In this document: in pieces, positions 52,026 to 62,448 of the stretch
Position numbering within the stretch: the stretch's first letter is position 1
Layout of the letters: every line of letters begins with the position of its first letter
Assembly: GCA_963700755.1 (NCBI GenBank)
Contig: CAVOYW010000005.1
Location: forward strand, 181,845 to 245,844
Length of the DNA stretch: 64,000 nucleotides
Direction: 5' to 3'
From: an uncultured Acidimicrobiales bacterium
GTDB taxonomy: Bacteria; Actinomycetota; Acidimicrobiia; Acidimicrobiales; SZUA-35
The notes under the pieces: generated by a model
The model's database searches: none
Told to the model about the DNA's origin: nothing
The model's input: the letters and a program-made list of their open reading frames with translations, nothing else
Program-made: the position numbers and the translations under genes

Positions 52026-52763
52026 ATGACCTGGTGGGAAGTGGCCCTCCTCCTCGGCGGCGGGCTCGTCGCCGGGATCATCAACGCCGTTGCCGGCGGT
52101 GGGTCGACGCTCACCGTGCCCCTCCTCGTCCTGGCCGGTGTTCCCGGGACGAGTGCCAACGGATCGAACCGCATCGGGATCCTGACCTCCAATCTCGCCG
52201 CGGCGACCTCGTTCCGGCGGCTCGGGGTCGACGGTCTGTCGAAGTCGTCCAGCATCCTCGGACCTGTCGTCGCCGGTTCGCTCATCGGTTCCCTGGCGAT
52301 CTCGAACCTGACCGACGACGCCTTCGAGACCGTGTTCGGTCTCCTGATGATCCCCCTGATCCTGCTGTCGATCCGCAAGCCACGGGTTCGCACCGACAGG
52401 GAGCCGTGGAGTCGCGGTGTCACCCTGGTCGTCTTCTTCCTGATCGGCATCTACGGCGGTGCGATCCAGGCCGGCGTCGGCCTGGTGCTGCTGGCCGCCC
52501 TCACCCGGGCCGGATTCGACCTCGTGACGGCCGACAGCATCAAGGTGCTGGTCACGTTCTCGGTCACCCTCGTCGCGCTCCCGGTCTTCATCTGGAACGG
52601 TCAGGTCGATTGGATCCCGGCCCTGGTACTCGCTGCCGGTTTCACGGCGGGAGGCTGGGCCGGTGCCCATGTGGCGGTCCGCGGCGGCGAGCAAGTCATC
52701 AGGATCGCCATGGTGCTCGCCGCCCTCGTGCTGGCGGCGAGTCTCCTCGGTGCCTTCGGCTGA
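52026..52763 (+). CDS. TauE/SafE (TSUP) family sulfite exporter
   Basis: AGIINAVAGGGSTL, ANGSNR, GIYGGAIQAGVG. Confidence 0.9.
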   Translation: MTWWEVALLLGGGLVAGIINAVAGGGSTLTVPLLVLAGVPGTSANGSNRIGILTSNLAAATSFRRLGVDGLSKSSSILGPVVAGSLIGSLAISNLTDDAFETVFGLLMIPLILLSIRKPRVRTDREPWSRGVTLVVFFLIGIYGGAIQAGVGLVLLAALTRAGFDLVTADSIKVLVTFSVTLVALPVFIWNGQVDWIPALVLAAGFTAGGWAGAHVAVRGGEQVIRIAMVLAALVLAASLLGAFG

Positions 52764-52777
52764 GTGCAGGCGATCGC

Positions 52778-53389
52778 TCAGGTGGAGAGCAGCCTGGTCA
52801 AGGCCGTGGTCCACGCTCGGCGCAGCTGGTTGGCCGAGCGGCCGTGGTCGTGGCGGGCCTGGTCCCACGACTCGAACGAGGTCATGGTGGCGATCACGGC
52901 CACCAGATCGTCGCGGGCCGCCCGGCCGAGCGTGGCCAGGTCCTCGTCGAAGTGGCGGCGGACCTGATCGGCGCGGGTCGCCCGCACACGGTGGATCAGG
53001 TCGTCGGCCTGTGCGAGCTCGGGGGCCCGGAGTCGCACGAGCCGGGCCATCGGTTCGTTGGTCTCATACAGGTCGATGCGTGACGAGACCAGGCTCGCGA
53101 TCCGTTCCGTGGTCGTGCCCTGGCCGAGGTTCGGGATCTCGAACAGGTGGGCATAGCGCTCGAAGTACACCGCGGTGGTGGCCTGCCGCAGATCATCGAG
53201 TGTCTCGAAGTACCGGAAGATGGAGGCCACCGAGACACCGGCTCGCTCGGCCACCTGGTCGGCCGTCGGGGGGATGTTGCCCTCCATCACCAGGGCGATC
53301 ATGGCGTCGGTGACCGCGACTCGACCACGTTCGCGACGGGCCCGTCGACCGTCGATCACCGGCCGCTCGTCCTCGGTTACCTTCGTCAT
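52778..53389 (-). CDS. TetR family transcriptional regulator
   Basis: DGRRARRERGR...PTADQVAERAGVSVASIFRYF; divergent from the sulfatase operon. Confidence 0.9.
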   Translation of the reverse strand: MTKVTEDERPVIDGRRARRERGRVAVTDAMIALVMEGNIPPTADQVAERAGVSVASIFRYFETLDDLRQATTAVYFERYAHLFEIPNLGQGTTTERIASLVSSRIDLYETNEPMARLVRLRAPELAQADDLIHRVRATRADQVRRHFDEDLATLGRAARDDLVAVIATMTSFESWDQARHDHGRSANQLRRAWTTALTRLLST

Positions 53390-53492
53390 GGACGCCAACG
53401 CTAGCACGGTCCAAACTTTTGACAGCGCAACTCGCACTTTGTCTTGATGTCTCGGACCATCGTCGCTAGTCTTCCCGGCGAAGGGGGTACTC

Positions 53493-55802
53493 GTGACACA
53501 ACGCGTGTGGCAGGGCGGTCGGTTCGAGGGTGTGATCGGCAAGACGGTCGGCGAGTCGCAGCCATGGTTCGCCGAACCGCCTCATCCTGGTGACGACGCC
53601 CCCAACGTGGTGCTCGTCCTGCTCGACGACACCGGTTTCGCCCAGTTCGGGTGCTACGGCTCCGACATCGACACGCCGAACATCGACGCCCTTGCGGCCC
53701 GCGGGCTCCAGTTCACGAACTTCCACGTGACCCCGCTGTGCTCGCCGACCCGAGCCTCGTTGCTCACCGGGCGGTCACAGCACGCCGTCGGCATGCGGGC
53801 GGTCTCGAACTTCCAAACCGGCTTCCCCAACCAGCTCGGTCACATCAGCAACCACGCCGCAACCGTGGCCGAGGTGCTCCGGGCCGAGGGATACGCCACC
53901 TTCTGCGTCGGGAAGTGGCACCTGGCTCCGATGGAGCAGTGCTCGGCGGCCGGTCCCTTCGACCAGTGGCCCCTGGCCCGTGGCTTCGACCGCTTCTACG
54001 GCTTCCTCGAGGGCGAGACCGACCAGTTCCATCCGGAACTGGTCTGCGACAACCATCCGATCGAGCCGCCGGGCAAGCCCGAAGACGGCTACCACGTCTC
54101 CGAAGACCTGATCGACCAGCTGCTGAAGATGGTTTCCGACAGCAAGGGTGTCCGGCCCGATCGACCCTTCTTCGCCTACGTGCCGTTCGGCGCGACCCAC
54201 GCTCCCCATCAGGCACCGCAGGCCTACCTCGACAAGTACCGGGGCCGGTTCGACGAGGGTTGGGACGTGGTGCGCGAACGCTGGTTCCGTCGCCAGCTCG
54301 AGATGGGCGTCATTCCCGAAGGCACCCAGCTCGCACCCAGGAACCCCGGGGTCGATGCCTGGGACGACCTGCCCCACAACCAGCAGCGGCTGGCCTGCCG
54401 GTTGCAGGAGGCGTTCGCCGCCTTCCTCGACCACACCGACGACCAGATCGGGCGGCTGGTCGACGGTCTGCGCGATCTCGGTCAACTCGACAACACGATC
54501 CTGGTCGTGCTCGCCGACAACGGCGCATCACAGGAGGGTGGTCCGTACGGCGTCATGCACGAGATGAAGTTCTTCAACGGCATCTTCGAGACGCCCGACG
54601 AGGCGATCGGCCGCATCGACGACATCGGCGGCCCGCACAGCCACACCAACTATCCCTGGGGCTGGGCCCAGTGCGGCAACTCGCCCTTCAAGTGGTACAA
54701 GCAGAACACGCACGAGGGAGGGGTCCACGTGCCGATGATCCTGCACGCTCCCGCACACATCGATCCCGCCCAGGCCGGCACGAAGCGGCAGCAGTTCGTG
54801 AACGTCTCCGACATCGTGCCGACCGTCTACGAACTGATCGGCGTGACACCGCCGACGGTCTACCGGGGGCTCGAGCAGCTACCGGTGACCGGCCATTCGT
54901 TCGCCTCGGCCCTCGCCTCCCCCGATGCACCGGCCACGAACACGCTCCAATACTTCGAGATGGGAGGCAGCCGGGCGTTGGTGGCCGGCGAGCCGCACGG
55001 AACGGAGGGGGGCCCGGTCGACCTGTGGAAGGCGGTCTGCAAACACACCCAGGGCGCCGACTACGACACCGAACCGTGGGAGCTCTACCACCTCACCGAG
55101 GACTGGTCGGAGTGCAACGACCTGGCCGAGGCCCAACCGGAGAAGCTGGCCGAGCTGATCGACCTGTGGTGGCAGGAAGCCGAACGCCATGGGGTGTTCC
55201 CGATCGACGACCGCATGTTCGAGCTCTTCGGCGCCCGGTTCCGGCCGAGGTCGCCCCACCCCGAAGACCGCCGATACGTCTATCGGCCACCGATGTCACC
55301 GATGCCGGGCCAGGCGGCGGCCGCGATCGGCGGACGCAGCTTCGATCTGACGGCCACGGTCACCCGCGAGGCCGGCGACGACGGGGTGCTCTACGCAACG
55401 GGCACCGAGAACTCGGGGGTGTCGATCTTCGTGCAGAACGATCGGTTGGTCGTCGACTACAACGCGTTCGACGACCACACGATCGTCGAGTCCGACATCG
55501 ACATCCCGACCGGCGAGTCGACCCTGGTGGTCAAGGTTCGACGTGGTGACGGTCGATCCGGGACCGTCGACCTCGAGATCGACGGCCGGGCCTGTGGCTC
55601 GGTCGAGCTTCCCCTGTTCATGCGCATGATGTCGTCGGTCGGTCCGAGCGTGGCCTACGACCACGGGTCGGCGGTGTCGAACCGCTATCGGGCGCCCTTC
55701 CCCTTCACCGGCAAACTCCACGAGGTGGTCATCCAATTGCTCTCGAAACAGGATCTCGATTCCCAGGCGGCCGAGGCCGCGGCCGAGATGAGCCGGCAGT
55801 GA
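53493..55802 (+). CDS. Arylsulfatase (Cys-type) with C-terminal LamG-like domain
   Basis: [41 protein letters not shown]. Confidence 0.95.
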   Translation: MTQRVWQGGRFEGVIGKTVGESQPWFAEPPHPGDDAPNVVLVLLDDTGFAQFGCYGSDIDTPNIDALAARGLQFTNFHVTPLCSPTRASLLTGRSQHAVGMRAVSNFQTGFPNQLGHISNHAATVAEVLRAEGYATFCVGKWHLAPMEQCSAAGPFDQWPLARGFDRFYGFLEGETDQFHPELVCDNHPIEPPGKPEDGYHVSEDLIDQLLKMVSDSKGVRPDRPFFAYVPFGATHAPHQAPQAYLDKYRGRFDEGWDVVRERWFRRQLEMGVIPEGTQLAPRNPGVDAWDDLPHNQQRLACRLQEAFAAFLDHTDDQIGRLVDGLRDLGQLDNTILVVLADNGASQEGGPYGVMHEMKFFNGIFETPDEAIGRIDDIGGPHSHTNYPWGWAQCGNSPFKWYKQNTHEGGVHVPMILHAPAHIDPAQAGTKRQQFVNVSDIVPTVYELIGVTPPTVYRGLEQLPVTGHSFASALASPDAPATNTLQYFEMGGSRALVAGEPHGTEGGPVDLWKAVCKHTQGADYDTEPWELYHLTEDWSECNDLAEAQPEKLAELIDLWWQEAERHGVFPIDDRMFELFGARFRPRSPHPEDRRYVYRPPMSPMPGQAAAAIGGRSFDLTATVTREAGDDGVLYATGTENSGVSIFVQNDRLVVDYNAFDDHTIVESDIDIPTGESTLVVKVRRGDGRSGTVDLEIDGRACGSVELPLFMRMMSSVGPSVAYDHGSAVSNRYRAPFPFTGKLHEVVIQLLSKQDLDSQAAEAAAEMSRQ

Positions 55803-56647
55803 TCACGATCACGCTGCTGGGCACCGGCAGCCCGATGCCGAGCGCCGACCGAGCCGGACCGTCCACGCTGATCAGTGCCGGGAGCGGCGACCAGGCCGAG
55901 CACTACCTGGTCGACGCCGGACGGGGCGTCCTGATGCGGCTGGCCGCACTGGGCCTCGGTGCCCCCAATCTGTCGGCGGTCTTGATCACACATCTTCACA
56001 GCGACCACATCACCGACCTCAACGACGTCATCACCACGCGCTGGATCATGACGTTCGTGCCGACCCCGCTCACGATCGTGGGCCCGGTCGGGACCAAGGC
56101 CGTCGTCGATCACATCATGGCCTCGCTCGAGCCCGACGTGGCCTATCGCATCGCGCACCATGAGGATCTCGAAGGGCCACCCCAGGTCGACGTGATCGAG
56201 GTCGACGACGGACCGGTCGAGCTCCCGGGGGCGATGTCGATTCGCTGTGCTCCCACTGATCACAAGCCGGTCGAGCCCAGCGTCGGGTACCGGTTCGAGG
56301 CTGCGGGGGCGGCGGTCGTGGTTGCCGGGGACACCGTGCCGTGTGCCGGACTCGATTCCCTGTGCGAGGGGGCCCAGGCGTTGGTCCACACGGTGATCCG
56401 CAAGGACATCATCGAGAACATCCCGCTGCAACGGATGAAGGACACCCTCGACTACCACTCATCTCCGGGAGAAGCGGCCCAGACCGCGGCCCGAGCCGGT
56501 CTCGGCACCCTGGTGCTCACCCACTACGTGCCGCCGATCCCGACCGGGGGCGACGGAGCAGACTGGCGGGCGCTGGCAGCCGAGCACTTCGGGGGCACCG
56601 TCGAACTCGGCGATGACCTTCACCGCATCGACGTCGGAGGATCCTGA
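55799..56647 (+). CDS. MBL-fold metallohydrolase, RNase Z/AtsA-like
   Basis: LLGTGSP, THLHSDH, AGDT, DYHS, LTHY. Confidence 0.88.
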   Translation: MITITLLGTGSPMPSADRAGPSTLISAGSGDQAEHYLVDAGRGVLMRLAALGLGAPNLSAVLITHLHSDHITDLNDVITTRWIMTFVPTPLTIVGPVGTKAVVDHIMASLEPDVAYRIAHHEDLEGPPQVDVIEVDDGPVELPGAMSIRCAPTDHKPVEPSVGYRFEAAGAAVVVAGDTVPCAGLDSLCEGAQALVHTVIRKDIIENIPLQRMKDTLDYHSSPGEAAQTAARAGLGTLVLTHYVPPIPTGGDGADWRALAAEHFGGTVELGDDLHRIDVGGS

Positions 56648-56649
56648 CC

Positions 56650-57555
56650 ATGCAGACCCTGCGCACCCCCGACGAACGGTTCGTCGGTCTGCCCGACTAC
56701 GACTTCGCCCCGCACTACGTCGAGATCTCGGATCAAGACGGCGGAACCCTGCGCGTGCACTACGTCGACGAGGGGCCGAGCGATGCCACGCCGATCCTGT
56801 GCCTGCACGGAGAACCGTCGTGGAGCTACCTGTATCGCCACATGATCCCGTTGCTCGTCGCCGCCGGTCATCGGGTCATCGCCCCCGATCTGGTCGGATT
56901 CGGCAGGAGCGACAAGCCGACACAGAAGCGTGACTACACCTACGCCCGCCATGTCGCCTGGATGCAGGAGGCCATCATCGACCACCTCGATCTTCGCAAC
57001 GCAACGTTCTTCGGACAGGACTGGGGTGGTCTGGTCGGATTGCGGCTGGTCGCCGAGAATCCCGATCGGTTCGCCCGAGTCGTGATCGGCAACACCGGGC
57101 TGCCGACCGGCGAACACCCGCCGTCCGACGCCTTCATGGCGTGGCAGAAGTTCAGCCAGACCACACCGGTGTTCGACATCGGGTCGCTGATCAACCGGGC
57201 CACCATCACCGAACTGAGCGAGGCCGAGATCGCCGCCTACGACGCGCCGTTCCCGGACGACTCCTACAAGGAGGGGGCACGGATCTTCCCGTCGCTGGTA
57301 CCGACGAACGCCGACGATCCGGCAGCCGCGGCCAACAAGGCCGCATGGGATGTGTTCCGCCGGTGGGACAAACCGTTCGTGCTGTGTTTCAGCGACAGCG
57401 ATCCGGTGACGGCCGGTGGTGAGAAGCCCTTCCTCGCCCTCGTGCCGGGTACGGCCGGTCAGCCCCACGTCACCGTGGCGAACGCCGGTCACTTCTTCCA
57501 GGAGGATGCCGGCCCCCAACTCGCCCAACTGATCATCGACGTCAGTGGCCGCTGA
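56650..57555 (+). CDS. Haloalkane dehalogenase (DhmA/DhlA-like)
   Basis: LRTPDERF, LHGEPSWSYLYR, GQDWGG, GHFFQE. Confidence 0.92.
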   Translation: MQTLRTPDERFVGLPDYDFAPHYVEISDQDGGTLRVHYVDEGPSDATPILCLHGEPSWSYLYRHMIPLLVAAGHRVIAPDLVGFGRSDKPTQKRDYTYARHVAWMQEAIIDHLDLRNATFFGQDWGGLVGLRLVAENPDRFARVVIGNTGLPTGEHPPSDAFMAWQKFSQTTPVFDIGSLINRATITELSEAEIAAYDAPFPDDSYKEGARIFPSLVPTNADDPAAAANKAAWDVFRRWDKPFVLCFSDSDPVTAGGEKPFLALVPGTAGQPHVTVANAGHFFQEDAGPQLAQLIIDVSGR

Positions 57556-58009
57556 CGTGTCCGTCTCGGTCGTTCGTGAGCTTCGAGTCGACGCTTCGCC
57601 GGAACGGGTCTGGGCCGTGCTGGCCCACTTCGACGCCATCAGTTCCTGGGCCCCGAACGTCGACCATTCGTGCCTGCTGTCCGATGCGACTGCCGGCGTC
57701 GGCATGTCCCGACGGATCCAGACCGGGCGGACGACCGTGGTCGAGACCGTCACCACCTGGGAACCGATCGCGGCGGTGGGCTACACCATCAGCGGTCTTC
57801 CTCCGGTGATCCGGTCGATCACCAACACCTGGCGCCTCCGACCCGACGGTCGGGCAACGACGGTGTCGCTCAGCACCGAGATCGATGCGGGTTCCCGCCG
57901 ACCCCAACGGCTCGTCGCCCGAGCCGTCGGCCGGAAACTGGCGCAGACCTCCGACCAGATGTTGGCCGGCCTCGCCGAACACGTCGACCAGAAAGGATCG
58001 CGCCCATGA
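57545..58009 (+). CDS. SRPBCC family protein
   Basis: VDASPERVWAVLAHF...W.P.V; START-like length. Confidence 0.85.
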   Translation: MAADVSVSVVRELRVDASPERVWAVLAHFDAISSWAPNVDHSCLLSDATAGVGMSRRIQTGRTTVVETVTTWEPIAAVGYTISGLPPVIRSITNTWRLRPDGRATTVSLSTEIDAGSRRPQRLVARAVGRKLAQTSDQMLAGLAEHVDQKGSRP

Positions 58010-60600
58010 CCCGACCCGATGTGATCGTGATCATGACCGACGAGGAGCGGGCTGCTCCCCCCTACGAATCCGACGACGTGGCGGCGTGGCGGCGAGCAAC
58101 CCTCACCGGACGGGCCTGGTTCGACGACCACGCCGTGTCATTCGGTCGGCACTACACCGGATCGCTGGCCTGCGTTCCCAGCAGGCCCACGATCTTCACC
58201 GGTCAGTATCCCGACCTGCACGGCGTCACCCAGACCGACGGCCTCGGCAAGATGGCCGACGATTCCCGCCTCCGGTGGCTCCCGGTCGGTGAGGTTCCGA
58301 CCCTCGGTCACTGGTTCCGGGCCGCCGGCTACGACACGCACTACGACGGCAAGTGGCACCTCTCGCATGCCGACCTGCACGACGCCGACGGAACCCGGGT
58401 CACGACCAACGACGCCGAGGGCAACGTCGACCGGGCCGCCGTGCAGCGCTATCTCGATGCCGACCCGCTCGCGCCCTACGGCTTCTCGGGGTGGGTCGGA
58501 CCAGAACCGCACGGCGGCTCGCTGGCCGATGCCGGTGTTCGACGGGACCCCCTGATCGCCGCTCGGGTCGTGGCCTGGTTGGAGGACCGCTACGCCCGAC
58601 GACAGGCCGGCGATCCTGATGCGCTCCGGCCGTTCCTGCTGGTCGCCAGCTTCGTCAACCCGCACGACATCGTGTTGTTCCCGGCCTGGGCCCGGCGTGG
58701 CACCCCGATCGAACCCTCGCCGCTCGACCCGCCCTCGATCGCGGCGCCACCGACCGCCGACGAGGACCTGGCATCCAAACCGGCGGCGCAGATCGCCTAC
58801 CGCGAGGCCTACCCGAGCGGCTACGGACCCGTTCGGATGGTTGCGGGGACCTACCGGCGCAAGGCCCAGGAATACCGTGACCTCTACTACCGGCTCCACG
58901 CCGAGGTCGACGGCCCGCTCGACCGGGTCCGTCGAGCCGTGACCGACGGTCATGACGCCACGCCCGGTTCGGTCGAGGCCGTGATCGTTCGCACGTCGGA
59001 CCACGGCGACCTCCTCGGAGCCCACGGTGGGCTGCACCAGAAGTGGTTCAACCTCTACGACGAGGCGACCCGCATTCCGTTCTCGATCGCCCGGATCGGG
59101 GATCGGGCCACAACGGGCACCGTGGTCGACGGGGCCCCCACCTCTCATGTCGACCTCGTGCCGACCTTGCTGGCGGCCGCCGGGATCAACGAGGCCGAAA
59201 CGGCTGATGCCCTGCGGGAGTCGTTCTCCGAGGTCCACCCGCTCCCGGGTCGGAACCTCATGCCCATCGTCGACGAACCGTCGAACGCCGACCGCAACCG
59301 GGCCGTCTACCTCATGACGCGTGACAACATGCTCGAGGGTGACACAGGGGCCTCGGGCCTGGCCCGTCGACTCGGCCGTACCAACCCGCCGCCCGCTCCG
59401 TTGCGCATCCAGGTCCCGGCCCACGTCGCCGCCAACTTCGAGGGTCTCGTCGCTCGCGTCGACGATGCCCAGGCGACCGGCGGCCGGGGACACCTCTGGA
59501 AGCTGGTCCGCACCTTCGACGACCCCGCCACCTGGACCGAGCCCGGGGTTCGCCACCTCGCTGCCAACGGCCCCGGCGGCGAGCAGTACCGCACCGCCAC
59601 CCTGCCCGATCAGTGGGAGCTCTACGACCTCGACGACGATCCGATCGAGGCGGTCAACCGCTGGCACGACGATGCACTGTCGACCGTCTTCGATCACCTC
59701 CGTGAGGTCTTGAAGGACGTCCGTGCCCAGTCCGTCCCCGAGCGCCATCACCCGTGGCCCTACGCCGTCCGCCGACCCAACGGAGCCTCCGCCAAGGCGG
59801 CGACGCCGCCCCCGCCGGCTCGCCTGCTGCGCAAGCTCGTCCAGAGGATCGGGATGCATCCCGACGACCGTGTCGAGGCCACGTTCGACCTCGCCGGCAG
59901 ACGGGCCCTCATCGTGGCCACCAACACCGCGGTGATGGACATCGCCAAGCCGACGGGTGTGTTTGCCAGCGAGATGACCGTTCCCTATTACGCGTTCCTC
60001 GACGCGGGGATGGACGTCGACGTCGCCAGCCCCGGCGGCGGTGTCATCCCGGTCGATCCGCAGTCGGTGAAGCCCGTCCTGCGGACCCCCGAAGACGACC
60101 GGTTCCTCGTCGATCCGGTGTTCCGGGCCAAGGTCACCGAGTCCTTGGCCATCGGTGATCTCGACATGGCCGACTACGACCTCGTTTTCCTGGCCGGCGG
60201 CTGGGGCGCAGCCTTCGACTTCGGTTTCTCCGAAGCCCTCGGGGCCAAGATCACCGAGGCCAACGCCGCCGGCCGGATCATCGGAGGTGTCTGTCACGGG
60301 CCGCTCGGTCTGCTCAACGCGAAGGCCGTCGATGGTCGACCACTCGTCGAAGGACGTCGTATCTCGGCGGTCACCGACAAGCAGGTCCGCGAACTCGGGA
60401 TCGAGTCGACCCCTCACCACCCGGAACGAGAATTGCGTGGTGCGGGCGCCGAGTTCGAGAGCGAGACCCGATTCCGGGATCCCTTCGCCAATCACTGGGT
60501 GGTCGACGGCAACCTCGTCACCGGGCAGAACCAGAACGCCGGTCCGATGGTGGCACGCGAAATGATGCAACTGCTGAGCAGGGAGAACCACACCTCATGA
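58006..60600 (+). CDS. Sulfatase fused to DJ-1/PfpI (type 1 GATase-like) domain
   Basis: MTDEER, CVPSRPTIFTG, GKWH, SDHGD; C-terminal TGVFASE, LAGGWG, VCHGP, LVTGQN. Confidence 0.9.
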   Translation: MTRPDVIVIMTDEERAAPPYESDDVAAWRRATLTGRAWFDDHAVSFGRHYTGSLACVPSRPTIFTGQYPDLHGVTQTDGLGKMADDSRLRWLPVGEVPTLGHWFRAAGYDTHYDGKWHLSHADLHDADGTRVTTNDAEGNVDRAAVQRYLDADPLAPYGFSGWVGPEPHGGSLADAGVRRDPLIAARVVAWLEDRYARRQAGDPDALRPFLLVASFVNPHDIVLFPAWARRGTPIEPSPLDPPSIAAPPTADEDLASKPAAQIAYREAYPSGYGPVRMVAGTYRRKAQEYRDLYYRLHAEVDGPLDRVRRAVTDGHDATPGSVEAVIVRTSDHGDLLGAHGGLHQKWFNLYDEATRIPFSIARIGDRATTGTVVDGAPTSHVDLVPTLLAAAGINEAETADALRESFSEVHPLPGRNLMPIVDEPSNADRNRAVYLMTRDNMLEGDTGASGLARRLGRTNPPPAPLRIQVPAHVAANFEGLVARVDDAQATGGRGHLWKLVRTFDDPATWTEPGVRHLAANGPGGEQYRTATLPDQWELYDLDDDPIEAVNRWHDDALSTVFDHLREVLKDVRAQSVPERHHPWPYAVRRPNGASAKAATPPPPARLLRKLVQRIGMHPDDRVEATFDLAGRRALIVATNTAVMDIAKPTGVFASEMTVPYYAFLDAGMDVDVASPGGGVIPVDPQSVKPVLRTPEDDRFLVDPVFRAKVTESLAIGDLDMADYDLVFLAGGWGAAFDFGFSEALGAKITEANAAGRIIGGVCHGPLGLLNAKAVDGRPLVEGRRISAVTDKQVRELGIESTPHHPERELRGAGAEFESETRFRDPFANHWVVDGNLVTGQNQNAGPMVAREMMQLLSRENHTS

Positions 60601-61427
60601 GCACGAACAGTCCTCGCTACGGCCAGGTCGACCGCGACTACGGCCTCCGCCTGGCCACCACGCCCCCGGCCGAGGACGGCCCGGTGTGGATGGTCAACCT
60701 CATGAAGTATCGCGAGGTCGCCGAGTACGCCGACGGACGGGAATCCGAGATCAGCGGCCGGGAGGCCGACGACCGATATGCGCCGCTCGGACCGCTGGCC
60801 GCGGTCGGGGCCGAGGTGGTGTTCGTCGGCGACGTCGACCAGCAACTCCTCGGTGACGACACGGTGTGGGACCGCATCGGTGTGGTCAAGTACCCGACGC
60901 GTCGGGCCTTCATCGACATGCAGTCGCGACCCGACTTCCAGGAAAAGCATCAGCACAAGGACGCGGGGATGGCATCGACCATCGTGATGGGGTGCCAGCC
61001 CATGGACCGGATGGATCCGCCCGATGGGTCGGTGTCGGTCGATTGGGCCGATGTTCCCCACCCGCCGTCCGACGACGACGGCCCGGTCGTCGTGCTGCAC
61101 GTCATCCGTTTCGAAGACGCCGAGGCCCCGGATCGAACCCCCGCCCACATGGAGGCCTACCAGACCGCCGCAGCCAAGGCGGCGCTGGAACACGGTGTGG
61201 TGATCTCGGGCTGGTTCTCGGTCGAGGGCACCATCGTCGGTGATGGTCGGTCGTGGCACCAGGTTCGGTTCAACCTGTTTCCCAGCAAGGCGGCGTTCAT
61301 GGCCGTGGTCGCCGACCCGGATCGTCTGGCCGCGCAGGCCGACCACCGCGAGGTGGCAATCGCCGACACCTACGCCATGATCGTGCGCCCTCGCATCAAC
61401 GAACTCGCCCGGTCGACGCAGGCCTGA
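60597..61427 (+). CDS. Tandem DUF1330-like domain protein
   Basis: GPVWMVNLMKYR...WDRIGVVKYPT repeated as GPVVVLHVIRF...WHQVRFNLFPS. Confidence 0.78.
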   Translation: MSTNSPRYGQVDRDYGLRLATTPPAEDGPVWMVNLMKYREVAEYADGRESEISGREADDRYAPLGPLAAVGAEVVFVGDVDQQLLGDDTVWDRIGVVKYPTRRAFIDMQSRPDFQEKHQHKDAGMASTIVMGCQPMDRMDPPDGSVSVDWADVPHPPSDDDGPVVVLHVIRFEDAEAPDRTPAHMEAYQTAAAKAALEHGVVISGWFSVEGTIVGDGRSWHQVRFNLFPSKAAFMAVVADPDRLAAQADHREVAIADTYAMIVRPRINELARSTQA

Positions 61428-61460
61428 CACGCATCCAGATGCAGGCCTGACACCCATCCA
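61418..61460. repeat. 23-bp-period direct duplication across a stop codon
   Basis: GCAGGCCTGACACGCATCCA and GCAGGCCTGACACCCATCCA. Confidence 0.7.
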
Positions 61461-61541
61461 ACCGCCAACTCTGGAGCCAAGACACCGGATTCCGGGGCGT
61501 GAGGTCCAAAGTTGGTCGGAGGGAGTCGGTCGGAGTAGAGA

Positions 61542-62366
61542 ATGTCGATGGAACGAATGACCACCGAGGCCTTTCTCGGGCTCGAACGAGTCGACGACCA
61601 CCGCTGGAAGCTGCCCGTGGTCGATCGAGTGTGTGGGGGAGGGCGCGGTTCGTTGTTCGGTGGTGCCGGTCTCGCCGCCGGGGTCGTCGCCCTCGAGCGT
61701 GCGGCCGAGCGTCCCGTCGTGTGGGCCACCGGCCAGTACGTGTCGGTCACCGGATCCGGTGACGTGATCGACCTCGAGGTGCAGCTGCCGGCGGTCGGTC
61801 GGACGGTGACCCAGGGGCGGGTGATCGGTCACGTCGGCGACCGCGAGATCGTGACGGTGCTCGGCGCGGTCGGCCGACGGGTCGAGGTCTTCCGAGGCGT
61901 GTGGGACACCATGCCCGATGCCGGGCGACCCGATGAGTCCCGACTCGTCGTTCGCGAGGCCGACGGCGAGAACGTGCACCACCACATCGAGGTGCGCATG
62001 GCCCGGGGGATGTTCGGCTTCGCCGACGACGGGGGCGAGCCGAGTGGCGACCAGCGGACGCTGCTCTGGGTCCGGATGCGTGACGTCCACCTCGACGCGG
62101 CCGCGCTGGCGATGGTCGCCGACTACATGCCGTCGGCCCTGGGCAATGCGCTCGGACGCCGCGTGAACTGCACCTCGCTCGACAACACCATTCGCTTCGC
62201 CACCCGCCTCGACGACATCGACGCCGACGGTTGGGTGCTGTGCGACAACCGCATCGAGTACGTGGGCAACGGCTTCGCCCACGGCTCGTGCTTCATGTGG
62301 AGCGAGCACGGCGCCATGCTGGCAACGGCCAGCCAGTCCGTTCTCGTCGTCCCACCCCAGCCGTGA
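61542..62366 (+). CDS. Acyl-CoA thioesterase (TesB-like double hotdog)
   Basis: LFGGAGLAA, ADYMP, SLDNTIRF, LATASQS. Confidence 0.85.
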   Translation: MSMERMTTEAFLGLERVDDHRWKLPVVDRVCGGGRGSLFGGAGLAAGVVALERAAERPVVWATGQYVSVTGSGDVIDLEVQLPAVGRTVTQGRVIGHVGDREIVTVLGAVGRRVEVFRGVWDTMPDAGRPDESRLVVREADGENVHHHIEVRMARGMFGFADDGGEPSGDQRTLLWVRMRDVHLDAAALAMVADYMPSALGNALGRRVNCTSLDNTIRFATRLDDIDADGWVLCDNRIEYVGNGFAHGSCFMWSEHGAMLATASQSVLVVPPQP

Positions 62367-62378
62367 CCGACCCTTCCG

Positions 62379-62430
62379 GCAACCCTTCTCGTCGCAACCC
62401 TTCTCGTAGCAACCCTTCTCGTAGCAACAC
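62379..62430. repeat. Intergenic 15-bp tandem repeat, about 3.5 copies
   Basis: GCAACCCTTCTCGTC GCAACCCTTCTCGTA GCAACCCTTCTCGTA GCAACAC. Confidence 0.9.
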
Positions 62431-62448
62431 TGCCTCCAGGAAGTCGCC

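Noticed and set aside
55799-56647. Housekeeping RNase Z (rnz)
   Set aside because: It is embedded in a sulfatase operon and belongs to a broad MBL family, so tRNA-processing function cannot be supported. No symbol given.
58138-60591. Long antisense ORFs (817 aa here; also 43408-45597, 31855-33753, 13989-15545)
   Set aside because: They mirror well-supported genes on the other strand and lack motifs, which is typical of stop-poor high-GC sequence.
62379-62430. Possible mini-CRISPR or iteron set
   Set aside because: Contiguous 15-bp units with no spacers and no rep or cas gene nearby.
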